DNA of 64,000 bases from an uncultured Holophagales bacterium (GTDB lineage: Bacteria; Acidobacteriota; Thermoanaerobaculia; Multivoradales; UBA5704), in the NCBI GenBank assembly GCA_963842525.1, contig CAWJGT010000003.1, forward strand, positions 1 through 64,000, written 5' to 3'. Under the pieces are notes generated by a model. The model had not been told where the DNA came from. It saw only the letters and a program-made list of their open reading frames with translations, and searched no databases. The position numbers were made by a program, and so were the translations under genes. Shown piece by piece: positions 55,483-64,000 of the stretch. Within the stretch, counting starts at the first letter, position 1; each line of letters starts with the position of its first letter.

Positions 55483-57984
55483 ATGATCTCCTCGCCCGAT
55501 CCCACACCCGGCCGCCGGCCGCCGCGCCTCCTGTACCTGGGAGCTGTCCTGTTCCTCGGGCTCGCGCTGGCCGCGGCGCATTCCATCCGCCGTGAGTGGC
55601 ACCGGCGGGTCGGCCAGGAGCAGGCGGCGGCCCTCTTCGAGCTGGTCCAGGACAAGACGCCGGCGCGGCCGACCGAGACGCCCGGCGTGAGCGCCTGGCT
55701 CCACCTGGCCCTCAAGCGCTACCGTGGGCAGATCCCCGATCTTGAGCGGGCCCGTCTCTGGGGCGAGATCGCCGACTGGCAGGACCGGCGTTCGGTGCCT
55801 CCGTCGCTCGCCGGGATGCGTGACCTCCTGGCGAGCCCGGTGAAGCCGGCGCCGTCCCACTCCGTCCCTCGCCTGCTTCCGGGCGCTGCCCTGGGTGACA
55901 TGAGCGGAGCGGCCCGGTCGCCGCTCCAGTTCCGGGTGCAGCGCTTCGTCGAGCTGGACGGCTATTGGCTGGTGGTCACGCGCCGCAAGGCGCTCGACGA
56001 GGCGGATCTGACCGATCCGGCGAACGCCTCGAATCGCTTCCTGACCTCGGTGGGGCCGCACCTGCTGCAGCTCGCCGAGCGGCTCGGCGCCTCTTTGGCC
56101 GCCCGTCCCCTGCCCGCGACGCCCGGAGCGGTGCCGCCGCGGGTGGTGCGCGTCTATGGCCTGTCGGAAGACGGGACCCTGGTCACGATGCCCCTGGGCG
56201 AGCTGGCGCCGGACCCCGCGGCGCGCCGTCGGGTGGCCCTGGACGAGGGGCGGGAGCTCCGCAAGCTGCCGCAGCTTCCCAACTTCGTCTCCAACGAGTT
56301 CTTCTTCCAGTTCGATGACAACCGGCCGCAAGGGCAGGTCTACTACTCGGGCCTCTATCTGGACCTCGGCGGGCAGGGGGTCGTGGCCACGATCACCGTG
56401 CCCTGGCGCGACCCTGCCTCCGGGACCGCCGGTGTCCTGGCAACGGACCTGACGTTCGACATCGACTGGCAGGCCTTCGCCCGCCAGATCGGTCCGCCCC
56501 TGGTGGCCGAGGTCGTCGCCCTGCCGCCGCCGCCGGAGGAACGCTGGCGGCCGTGGAGCGATCTGCTGGCTGCACTGCCCTCCTCCCGCGATCGGGCTCT
56601 GGGCCGCGCGGTCGCCGCCGCGGCCGAGCGCGAGCGGCGGGAGGGGTTGTTCGTGACCCCCGGGTCTGTCCAACACAGCCTCGTGGAGGGGCAGGGTGCG
56701 GTCGCGGCCCTTCAGGTCTCGGCCCGGAACTGGCTCGTCATCCTCTTTCCGAAGACCGGCGCGGACTTCCCGGTTTTGTCGTTGGCGCTGCTCCTGCTGC
56801 CCATGGCCCTGTCGCTGGGCGGCTTCGAGCTCTACCGCCGGCGGGCCGAGCAGGCGCAGGTCAAGGCCGAGCGCGAGCTGGCCGAGAAGCAGAGCCTCCT
56901 CAACACCATGCAGGTGCCGCTCCTGGTGGTCGATCCGAACTCGGACGTGGTGGCGTTCGGCAACGACGCGGCCCGCCGCCTGGGGATCGAGGCCGGGGTG
57001 CGGATCGCCGACATGGTGGCCGGCGACGAGCGGGCGCGCCGACACTACGAGCGGATGCAGGTGGCCGCACCGGACGCGCGGCGGGCTTATGGGCTCCCTC
57101 TCCGGGTGCGCGGCGAGTCCGGCGAGCTGGAGACCCGCTATGCCGTGGTGCGGTCCGTGGCGGTGACCGCGCCGATCGAGGCCCTGCAGGCCGACGAGCG
57201 GCACCGGCTGGGCATCCTTTTCCTCCTGGAGCCGGAGGACGACCTGGCCCTGCTGACCGACGATCTGGTCCGCGAAACCCGTGAAGAGGAGCGGCGGCGC
57301 CTCGCCGGGCTCTTGAGCCACGGGGTCGACACCCTGGTGCGGGTGCTCTCCCATGCCCTCACCCGCGGCGGTGAGGGGGAGCTCGTCACCTGGCTCGCCG
57401 GCTATGTCGAACGGAGGATCCGGGTCACCGCCTGGCTCCTCGACCACTGGGACGCAGAGCCACCGCTGCCTCCGGCCTGCGCCATCGAGTCATCCCATGC
57501 CCGAGAGACCCTCGCCGCCCTGGAGCGCGTCCTCGCCCTGGCCGCCACGGACCCCGAGCTGCGTTCCAGCCTGCACTGGGACAACGGCGCCCTGTCCGGC
57601 AGGCACGGAGGCCCGCCTCTACAGATTTCCTGCGACTGGCCCTCCCGCTACTGGTTCCCGCTGCCCGTGCGGGGCGGCTTCGGCCTGTTCCTGGAAGAGG
57701 TGCTGGTCAATGCCATCCGGCACAGCCGTCCAGGCTCCGTCCCCCGCCTCACCCTGCACCTGGATCGAGGGCGCCGGGAGCTGCTGGTCGAGGCTGAGAA
57801 CGAGGTGCGGGACGGAAGCGTCTCGCGGCAGCGGGGCGAGTCATACGGCGGCCTCCGCATCCTCGAGCGCCTGGCCTTCCTCTTCGGATGGCAGGATCTG
57901 GCCTTCGAGGAGTCGGGAAGCACTTTCCGCGTAAGCTGGCGGGTGCCGGTCAGCGAGCGAGAGGAGCCGGACGAAGCAGATTAA
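55483..57984 (+). CDS. Atypical membrane sensor kinase (Cache-like, PAS, HATPase)
   Basis: 2 TM helices; YYSGLYLDLGGQG.VATIT Cache-like segment; VPLLVVD PAS-like; SHGVDT; EVLVNAIRH; GGL. Confidence 0.7.
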   Translation: MISSPDPTPGRRPPRLLYLGAVLFLGLALAAAHSIRREWHRRVGQEQAAALFELVQDKTPARPTETPGVSAWLHLALKRYRGQIPDLERARLWGEIADWQDRRSVPPSLAGMRDLLASPVKPAPSHSVPRLLPGAALGDMSGAARSPLQFRVQRFVELDGYWLVVTRRKALDEADLTDPANASNRFLTSVGPHLLQLAERLGASLAARPLPATPGAVPPRVVRVYGLSEDGTLVTMPLGELAPDPAARRRVALDEGRELRKLPQLPNFVSNEFFFQFDDNRPQGQVYYSGLYLDLGGQGVVATITVPWRDPASGTAGVLATDLTFDIDWQAFARQIGPPLVAEVVALPPPPEERWRPWSDLLAALPSSRDRALGRAVAAAAERERREGLFVTPGSVQHSLVEGQGAVAALQVSARNWLVILFPKTGADFPVLSLALLLLPMALSLGGFELYRRRAEQAQVKAERELAEKQSLLNTMQVPLLVVDPNSDVVAFGNDAARRLGIEAGVRIADMVAGDERARRHYERMQVAAPDARRAYGLPLRVRGESGELETRYAVVRSVAVTAPIEALQADERHRLGILFLLEPEDDLALLTDDLVRETREEERRRLAGLLSHGVDTLVRVLSHALTRGGEGELVTWLAGYVERRIRVTAWLLDHWDAEPPLPPACAIESSHARETLAALERVLALAATDPELRSSLHWDNGALSGRHGGPPLQISCDWPSRYWFPLPVRGGFGLFLEEVLVNAIRHSRPGSVPRLTLHLDRGRRELLVEAENEVRDGSVSRQRGESYGGLRILERLAFLFGWQDLAFEESGSTFRVSWRVPVSEREEPDEAD

Positions 57985-58115
57985 GACCCCCTCCCCGACC
58001 CTCCCCCGCGCGACCACCAGCCCCCCACCCCGAGCGGGAGAGGGCGCCCCCGCCCAATCCCGATTTTCTGCTTTTCCCCTCTCCCGCTTCGCGGGGGAGG
58101 GGCAGGGGAGGGGGC

Positions 58116-58922
58116 CTACATCAGCCCCTTCACATACCCCCCATCCACCGTGATCGCCTGCCCGGTCAGGTACGAGGCCGCCGGAGTACAGAGGAAGGCG
58201 ACCACCTCACCGATCTCCTCGGGCCGGGCCATCCGGCCGATGGCGGTAATGGCTGCCCAGTTGGAGAAGATCTCCTCGCGGGATTTGCCGGTGCGGGCCG
58301 AGGCCGCGGCGGCGAGCTCGTCCTGCCGCTCGGTCAAGGTGTAGCCGGGGAGCACGGCGTTGACCGTGACGCCGTCGGGCGCCACCTCCTGCGACAGGGT
58401 CTTGAGATAGCCGAGGACCGCCGGCCGCAGGGCGTTCGAGATCGACAGATTCGGGATCGGCTGCCGCGACGAGATCGAGTTGATGGCTACGATCCGGCCC
58501 CAGCGGCGCTCGCGCATGCCGGGCAGCACCAGCCGGCAGAGGCGGGGGATGAAGAGGAAGATCAGAGGAAGGGCGGCGGCCCAGTCTTCTTCCGTGATCT
58601 CCGCGGCCGGCTTGGCCGGCGGTCCGCCGCCGTTGGGGACCAGGATGTCGATCGGTCCGACCCGGCGGGTCGTCTCCTCGACGAGGCTCTCGAGCGACGC
58701 CAATTCGCGGACGTCCGCAGCAATGGCGGTCACGTCCGCGCCCGTGGCGGCCAGCCGGGTCCGGGCGGCCTCCAGCTTGTCGCCGCCGCGGCTGGAGAGC
58801 ACGATGCGGGCTCCCCGGCGGGCGAGAGCCTTGGCGGCGGCGAAGCCGAGGCCGCTACTGCCGCCGGTGATCAGGGCGACGCGTCCGGTCAGGTCGTCCG
58901 GGTTCTGGCTGTCGGCGCTCAT
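58116..58922 (-). CDS. SDR family oxidoreductase
   Basis: [30 protein letters not shown]. Confidence 0.93.
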   Translation of the reverse strand: MSADSQNPDDLTGRVALITGGSSGLGFAAAKALARRGARIVLSSRGGDKLEAARTRLAATGADVTAIAADVRELASLESLVEETTRRVGPIDILVPNGGGPPAKPAAEITEEDWAAALPLIFLFIPRLCRLVLPGMRERRWGRIVAINSISSRQPIPNLSISNALRPAVLGYLKTLSQEVAPDGVTVNAVLPGYTLTERQDELAAAASARTGKSREEIFSNWAAITAIGRMARPEEIGEVVAFLCTPAASYLTGQAITVDGGYVKGLM

Positions 58923-59797
58923 CCGATCCTCTCTCCCTGTTCGTTGTAGGTGTAGACACCGCGCCCGACCTTGCGGCCGAGCCGGCCGGCCCGCACATGC
59001 TGCACCAGGAGCTGGTTCGGGCGGAAGGCCTCGCCCAGCGTCTTGTGCAGGAACTCCAGGATGGCCAGGCGCACGTCCAGCCCCACGAGGTCGACCATCT
59101 CGAACGGCCCCATGGGATGGTTCAGTCCCAGCTTGAGCGCCTTGTCGATGTCCTCGGCGCTCGCCACCCCCTCCTGGAGCATGCGAAAGGCCTCATTGCC
59201 GATCAGGGCGTTGATCCGCGAGGTGACGAACCCGGGGGCCTCGTTGACCAGCACGACCTCCTTACCCATGCGCTCGCCGACGCGGCGCATCGTCGCGAGG
59301 GTCGCCTCGGAGGTCTCCAGCCCGCGCACCAGCTCGATCAGCTTCATCACGTGGACCGGGTTGAAGAAGTGCATGCCGCCGAAGCGGTCGGGCCGGCCGG
59401 AGCCGGCGGCCATCTCGGTGATCGAGAGAGCCGACGTGTTCGTGGCGAGGAGCGCCTCCTCGGGGCAGTGACGGACCACCTCCTGGAAGGTGCGGACCTT
59501 GAGGCCCATGTCCTCGGGTACCGCTTCGATAACCAGGTTGGCCGTGGCCACAGCGCCTGCGATGTCCTCATAGAGATGGAGGCTGCTCTTCGCGGTCGCG
59601 GCAGCCTCGGCGTCCACCTTGCCGAGCTGCACTCCCTTGTCAAGGTTGCGGTGGATCGCGGCCTCGGCCTTGCGCAAGGCCTCGCCGCTGGTGTCGAAGA
59701 GATGGGTCGTATAGCCGGCAAGGGCGGCGACGTGCGCGATGCCGCGCCCCATCGTGCCCGCGCCGAGGACGGCGACGGTCGAGATCTCCGTGCTCAT
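58919..59797 (-). CDS. 3-hydroxybutyryl/3-hydroxyacyl-CoA dehydrogenase
   Basis: GAGTMG, EAVPE, TNTS, GMHFFNP, PMGPF, GRKVGRG. Confidence 0.95.
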   Translation of the reverse strand: MSTEISTVAVLGAGTMGRGIAHVAALAGYTTHLFDTSGEALRKAEAAIHRNLDKGVQLGKVDAEAAATAKSSLHLYEDIAGAVATANLVIEAVPEDMGLKVRTFQEVVRHCPEEALLATNTSALSITEMAAGSGRPDRFGGMHFFNPVHVMKLIELVRGLETSEATLATMRRVGERMGKEVVLVNEAPGFVTSRINALIGNEAFRMLQEGVASAEDIDKALKLGLNHPMGPFEMVDLVGLDVRLAILEFLHKTLGEAFRPNQLLVQHVRAGRLGRKVGRGVYTYNEQGERIG

Positions 59798-59803
59798 AGG
59801 CTC

Positions 59804-60463
59804 TCAGGACACCGGAAGGGTGTAGAAGCCGGTCGTCTTGCCGGCGAGGTTGCGCAGCTCGTCCGCGATCGCCAGCGTGTTGCGCATGGCGGCGGCGGCG
59901 AGCTCCTGCAGCTCGGGCGTCGTGCAGTGCCTCTCCAGGAACTCCCTGCCGAGTTGGTGGTGGTGCGCCTCCTCAGGCTGGATGGTGTCCTCGTAGAGCC
60001 GGGCGGTCCCCTCGTCGCCAGCCGACCGGCAGAAGTTGACGAACTGGGTGTTGCGCACCTGGGCGATCGCTTCGCTGGTGAACGGGCCGGCGGCGACCCT
60101 CTCGACGGTGGTGCGCAGGCCGCGCAGGTACTGATAGAGCGGGCTGTGGCCGTCCGCCAGCGGATCGAAGTCCGCGAGGTCCTCGCCCAGCTCGGCGAGG
60201 CGCTGGCTGATGAGGCCATAGTGGCGCATCTCGTCGCCGCACTGGAGGGCCAGGAGCATCTTGGCCTCCACCTCCGGTGTGGTCGGCATCCACAGCCCGG
60301 CCAGCTCGCTCGCCTCCAACTCGCTCTTGAGAGCCAACTGGAGCAGGGTGATGACGTCGACCTGACCCTCGGCCTCCGATTCGAGGGTATCCGTCTCCCC
60401 GAGCCGCGAGAAGAGGCGGTCCATCTCTTCCATGAGACCGGCTACGAATTCCTTGCTGTTCAC
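59804..60463 (-). CDS. Ferritin-like diiron domain protein
   Basis: E...DEMRH and E...EEAHH ExxH pairs; GTG start with GGAGG RBS. Confidence 0.8.
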   Translation of the reverse strand: MNSKEFVAGLMEEMDRLFSRLGETDTLESEAEGQVDVITLLQLALKSELEASELAGLWMPTTPEVEAKMLLALQCGDEMRHYGLISQRLAELGEDLADFDPLADGHSPLYQYLRGLRTTVERVAAGPFTSEAIAQVRNTQFVNFCRSAGDEGTARLYEDTIQPEEAHHHQLGREFLERHCTTPELQELAAAAMRNTLAIADELRNLAGKTTGFYTLPVS

Positions 60464-60488
60464 GAAAAGTCTCCTCCCTCCATGCTCC

Positions 60489-61109
60489 TTATTCTAGCGT
60501 GCGCAGGACCGCGCGGACCGGGGATGCGTCGAGGCCCGCCATTTTGAGGGGCAGGGCAATGAGCTCGTAGACCCCCTCGGGGACGCCATCCAGGACCAGA
60601 CCCTCCAGGATCGCCACGCCGCCCCCGAACAGGGCGTGGTGGGCGTCGAGCGTCTTGCTGTCGAATGGATCGACCGAAGGAGTGTCCATGCCGACCAGCA
60701 GCACGCCGCGCTCGGCGAGCTGGCGGGCGAGCTCAGGCGACAGGGCGGTGAAGCGCTCGGGGAAGTTCCGGCGGTCGCGGACGCTCTCGCTCTTGAACAG
60801 CAGCCGGCCGGGGTTGGTCAGGTCGACCCCCTCGACGTGCCGCGGCTCGATCAGCGGCTGCGGCGGGACCCGGATCACCCGGCAGGGGCCGAGGTAGGTG
60901 TCCAGCGACATCTCGGAGATGCCCGCGCCGCGCGGCTCGGTGTGGAATGGCGCGTCGGCGTGGGAGCCCAGATGAGGTGTCGTGGTGATCGACGACAGAT
61001 TGACCGAGGCGCCTTCCGCGAGGGACCAGGTGAGGCGGCTCTGGAACGGGGTGTCGCCGGGCCAGACGGGGAGATCCGGGCGGACGGTGGGCGAAAGGTC
61101 ATAGAGCAT
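60489..61109 (-). CDS. kynB: Kynurenine formamidase (cyclase family)
   Basis: VWPGD, HLGSHADAPFH, GMDTPSVD, ILEGL, DASPVRA. Confidence 0.85.
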   Translation of the reverse strand: MLYDLSPTVRPDLPVWPGDTPFQSRLTWSLAEGASVNLSSITTTPHLGSHADAPFHTEPRGAGISEMSLDTYLGPCRVIRVPPQPLIEPRHVEGVDLTNPGRLLFKSESVRDRRNFPERFTALSPELARQLAERGVLLVGMDTPSVDPFDSKTLDAHHALFGGGVAILEGLVLDGVPEGVYELIALPLKMAGLDASPVRAVLRTLE

Positions 61110-61231
61110 GGCGCCCTCCTTGCCCGGATCATAGCCCCTCTCCTCCATGCCAGGAGCGGTTTCCCCCTCTCCCGTTCGGGGTGGTGGGTGCGGGACGCAC
61201 GGGAGAGGGGGGCCAGGGGGGTGAGGGTGCC

Positions 61232-61672
61232 TCAGCGGCCCGGCTCGGAGATCTTCTCCACGACCTTGGCGAAGTCCTTGTCGCCGACGGCTCGCGCGCG
61301 GGCCAGGTCGGCCTGTGCGATGACGCCCAGGAGGCAGTTCTTGTCGTCCACCACCGGGATGCGCCGCACCTGGTGTTTGGCCATCAGGTCCCCGACGTCG
61401 TCGAGGCTGTCGTCGATGCGGGCGCAGGCGAGATTGCCGGACGACATCGCGTCGCGTACCGGCGTGCTGGCCGGCAAGCCATGTCCGAGCACACGGAGGG
61501 CCAGGTCGCGGTCGGTGACGATGCCGGTCAGGCGCAGTGTGTCGCGGCTCTCGATGACCGGCAGGCTGCCGACGTCCTCGGTCTCCATGAGGCGCGCCGC
61601 CTCCTGGGCCGTGGTCTGGGGAGTGATACAGGCGGGGTTCTGAGTCATCAGATCTTTGGCATGTTTCGCCAT
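61232..61672 (-). CDS. CBS domain protein
   Basis: Tandem CBS: VGSLPV..GIVTDRD; VRRIPVVD..GVIAQAD. Confidence 0.92.
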   Translation of the reverse strand: MAKHAKDLMTQNPACITPQTTAQEAARLMETEDVGSLPVIESRDTLRLTGIVTDRDLALRVLGHGLPASTPVRDAMSSGNLACARIDDSLDDVGDLMAKHQVRRIPVVDDKNCLLGVIAQADLARARAVGDKDFAKVVEKISEPGR

Positions 61673-61750
61673 GCTGGAAACCTCCTTCGTGACGTGGTAC
61701 CAGCCCGGGTACCGGGCCCGCTGACGTACTGTGCAAGAGCCGGGCCGGCT

Positions 61751-62380
61751 TCACCCGATGGAGCGTCGGAACACCGCCCGTACGCACACGAGCGCCAGCA
61801 GCCATCCGGAGATGACGTCCAGGATGTGATGCTGGTGGATCAGGACGGTGGAGGCGGCGATCAGGAGGGCCCATGACCAGAGCAGGATCTTGATCCCTCG
61901 GGGAGCGCGCGGCGAGAAGACTGCGACGCAGACGACGGCGAAGGCGACGTGTAGCGAAGGCACGAGGTTGTAGGTGAGGTTCAGCCGGTCGGCGCAGTGA
62001 TAGAGACCCGCCCAGATGCCCAGCTCTCCTTCTGAAGGCGGCGGGAAAGCAAGCTCTGCGGGGACCAAAAGAAAGCCGATGCCGCTCCCCAGGATGAGGA
62101 CGGCCATCGTGGCGACCAACGCGCGAAACTCGCGGCGGGTCCTGACGACGAAGGGCGCCAGGACGAACAGGAGGTACAGCGACATATAGAAGACCGTCAT
62201 CGCGGGGACGAAGGGGATGCGGAAGCTCCATCGGCAGATGGACGGCCAGCCGCGGGCTGCGGCGCGCGGTCAGGAGGTCCGCCCCGCCATAGACGAAGGC
62301 GAACCAGAGGCTGTTCGCGAGCGACAGCAGCCCCGCAGATCGAAGATGGGGCCAGCCGGGCCAGGCTAGGAAGGGGTCCA
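61751..62380 (-). CDS. PAP2-like membrane phosphatase (frameshift near 62222; start approximate)
   Basis: PSLHVA and ST..HQHH..D..G motifs; TM helices. Confidence 0.75.
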
Positions 62381-63295
62381 GGGGTCACCCAGGTACTGCA
62401 AGACCGCCGCAACGAGATCGCGCACATCCGCTTTCGGCTGCAGGTAATGGTCGGCGCCCCACACTGGATAGACCAGCCCCGGCCGGGCACAGACATCCGC
62501 GAGGACCAGTCCTCCGTCGTTGGGTCCAAGCGGAGTGAGCCGGCGATGGCAGCGCCGCGCGATAGCGCGGGTCAGATGCACACGGAGAGGGAAGCCCACG
62601 ATGCTGATCATCTGGATGTGCGCCGGCAGACGCAGCTCACAGTCGAGCGGGTGCCCGGGACCGTAGAGCAGGTCGTCGAGGAAGCCCAGGCTCTGCCCGC
62701 GCAGCTTGTAGTAGAGACGGTTCAGCACCGCGCCCGGGCTCCGGGACAGCAGCCACTCCGCCATCGGAGTGCCTTCGAGGATCCCGCAGAGGCTGACCCA
62801 GCCGATCACGTTTTCGAACGCGGGCCCGGCGCCGGGTTGTGCCAGCGCCATCTTCAGATCCGCGCCACCTTTGCTCAACGAAGCCAGGATGATGCGCCGC
62901 CGCGGCTGCCGCGCCAGCCAATCGCAGATGATCCGGGCATTCTGTTGCAAGGTTCCGGTGCTCGCGATCGGGATGAGGTCCGTCGGGCAGCCGAGCCGCT
63001 CCGCCTGCTCCCGCACGACGTGGCCGTCCGCGCCGGAGCGCGGATTCTCCCGGTAGAAGACGCCTGGGACGATCACGAGGATCGTTTGCGGGTCCCAGGC
63101 GGCCGGCGCCCGCCGGCCGCGGATCTCTTCGATGCGGCGGATGAACGGTCCATGGATCGGCGACTCCCGCACGCTGCGATAGAGCAGGGTCGTCGCCGCA
63201 TCGATCCCATCCCTGGCAGCGATCTCCCGCAGCTCGCCGGCGCTCGGGAGCGTCGCGCGATCGAACAGCACCGGAGCGTCCAGCGCCGCCATCAT
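62366..63295 (-). CDS. Alpha/beta hydrolase-like hypothetical protein
   Basis: IVPG, ASLSKGGAD nucleophile elbow, PNDG, ADH. Confidence 0.65.
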   Translation of the reverse strand: MMAALDAPVLFDRATLPSAGELREIAARDGIDAATTLLYRSVRESPIHGPFIRRIEEIRGRRAPAAWDPQTILVIVPGVFYRENPRSGADGHVVREQAERLGCPTDLIPIASTGTLQQNARIICDWLARQPRRRIILASLSKGGADLKMALAQPGAGPAFENVIGWVSLCGILEGTPMAEWLLSRSPGAVLNRLYYKLRGQSLGFLDDLLYGPGHPLDCELRLPAHIQMISIVGFPLRVHLTRAIARRCHRRLTPLGPNDGGLVLADVCARPGLVYPVWGADHYLQPKADVRDLVAAVLQYLGDPWTPS

Positions 63296-63301
63296 GCCGG
63301 C

Positions 63302-63884
63302 TTACGGCGCCTGCCGAGAAGGAAGCCGGCCAGCCAGTCCCACGACGAGCGCGATGCCGCCCTGCCCACCAGGCCTGCGCTTGGCCATCGCCAGGAGCGG
63401 GTTGTCGAAGAGGTTGTCGGACATGTGCAGGTTGGCGACCAGCCAACGGTCGCCTTCCTTGACCAGCGTGGCGCTCCACCGCGCAGGCAGATCGAACGTC
63501 CTGCCGCTGGTCATCCGGAAGTGCTCGACACGCGCTTCCGAAGGCGATGCCGGTGTCGCCGCCGTAGAGGATGGTGAGCTCATCCACCTCGACGTCCGCC
63601 TTGTAGCTGTCGACGGCCTTGTCCGGGCCGGTCAGCATGCGGTTGAGGTACGTGCGCACGCCGTCGCGTCCGCGGCTGACCTCCGCGTTGTGCCAGGTGA
63701 CGGCCACATTGGGATGGAGATAGGTGAGCTGGCGCTCGATGTCGCCCTTGCCCATCGCATCGAGCAACCCGTCCCGCAGTGCGCGCAGCTCGTTGTGAAC
63801 CGCTTCATCCGGCGGCGGCGCTTGCGACGACATCGGTACGGCTGCTACGCACAGGAGCATCAGAGCTGCGACCGTTGTCTTCAT
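63302..63884 (-). CDS. Secreted NTF2/SnoaL-like protein (frameshifted)
   Basis: Signal peptide; RGRDGVR.Y, RWSATLVKEGDRWLVANLHMS across two frames. Confidence 0.7.
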
Positions 63885-64000
63885 CTTGACCCTTTCGTGG
63901 CAGCGTCGCCACCCAGTGGAAAAAGTCGATCATGTCCTGATCGTTCGGTCCAAGACTCGCAGGGTTATATCGGGTTGCACGTAGACGGCGCGTCTCGTCC

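Noticed and set aside
51952-57447. 1831-aa ORF as one giant protein
   Set aside because: The first 670 or so residues are the antisense shadow of the kinase gene; the plausible start is ATG at 55431

Overview
High-GC bacterial DNA, probably Acidobacteriota (Thermoanaerobaculia-like). This is inferred from the acidobacterial VWA-type protein, the IPTL-CTERM adhesin and the LxLxRET..GG peptide leader. About 1-21.6 kb is a mosaic accessory region of whole and truncated modules. It holds toxin-antitoxin genes, an orphan RiPP-like precursor, a truncated radical SAM/SPASM-astacin operon, an MHYT hybrid kinase plus a diverged partial copy, a LytS/LytTR pair, a kaiA3-like/kaiB/kaiC cluster, secreted proteins and a serine hydrolase fragment. 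Many module junctions carry a recurring short motif (GGTGCCAGCCACTTATTCTG family) or a GTAG-type palindromic element, and no recombinase is visible in the window. The rest looks more like core genome: a giant DUF11/IPTL-CTERM protein, tRNA-Pro(CGG), peptidases, a Wsp-like chemosensory operon whose two MCPs carry C-terminal Cache-like domains, an MbtH-TEII-Sfp operon, a DnaA-box-like tandem array, a TPR-CHAT protease, an atypical sensor kinase and metabolic genes. Single-base frameshifts in many otherwise intact genes suggest long-read sequencing errors. All family calls come from motif recognition by eye; no database search was run.
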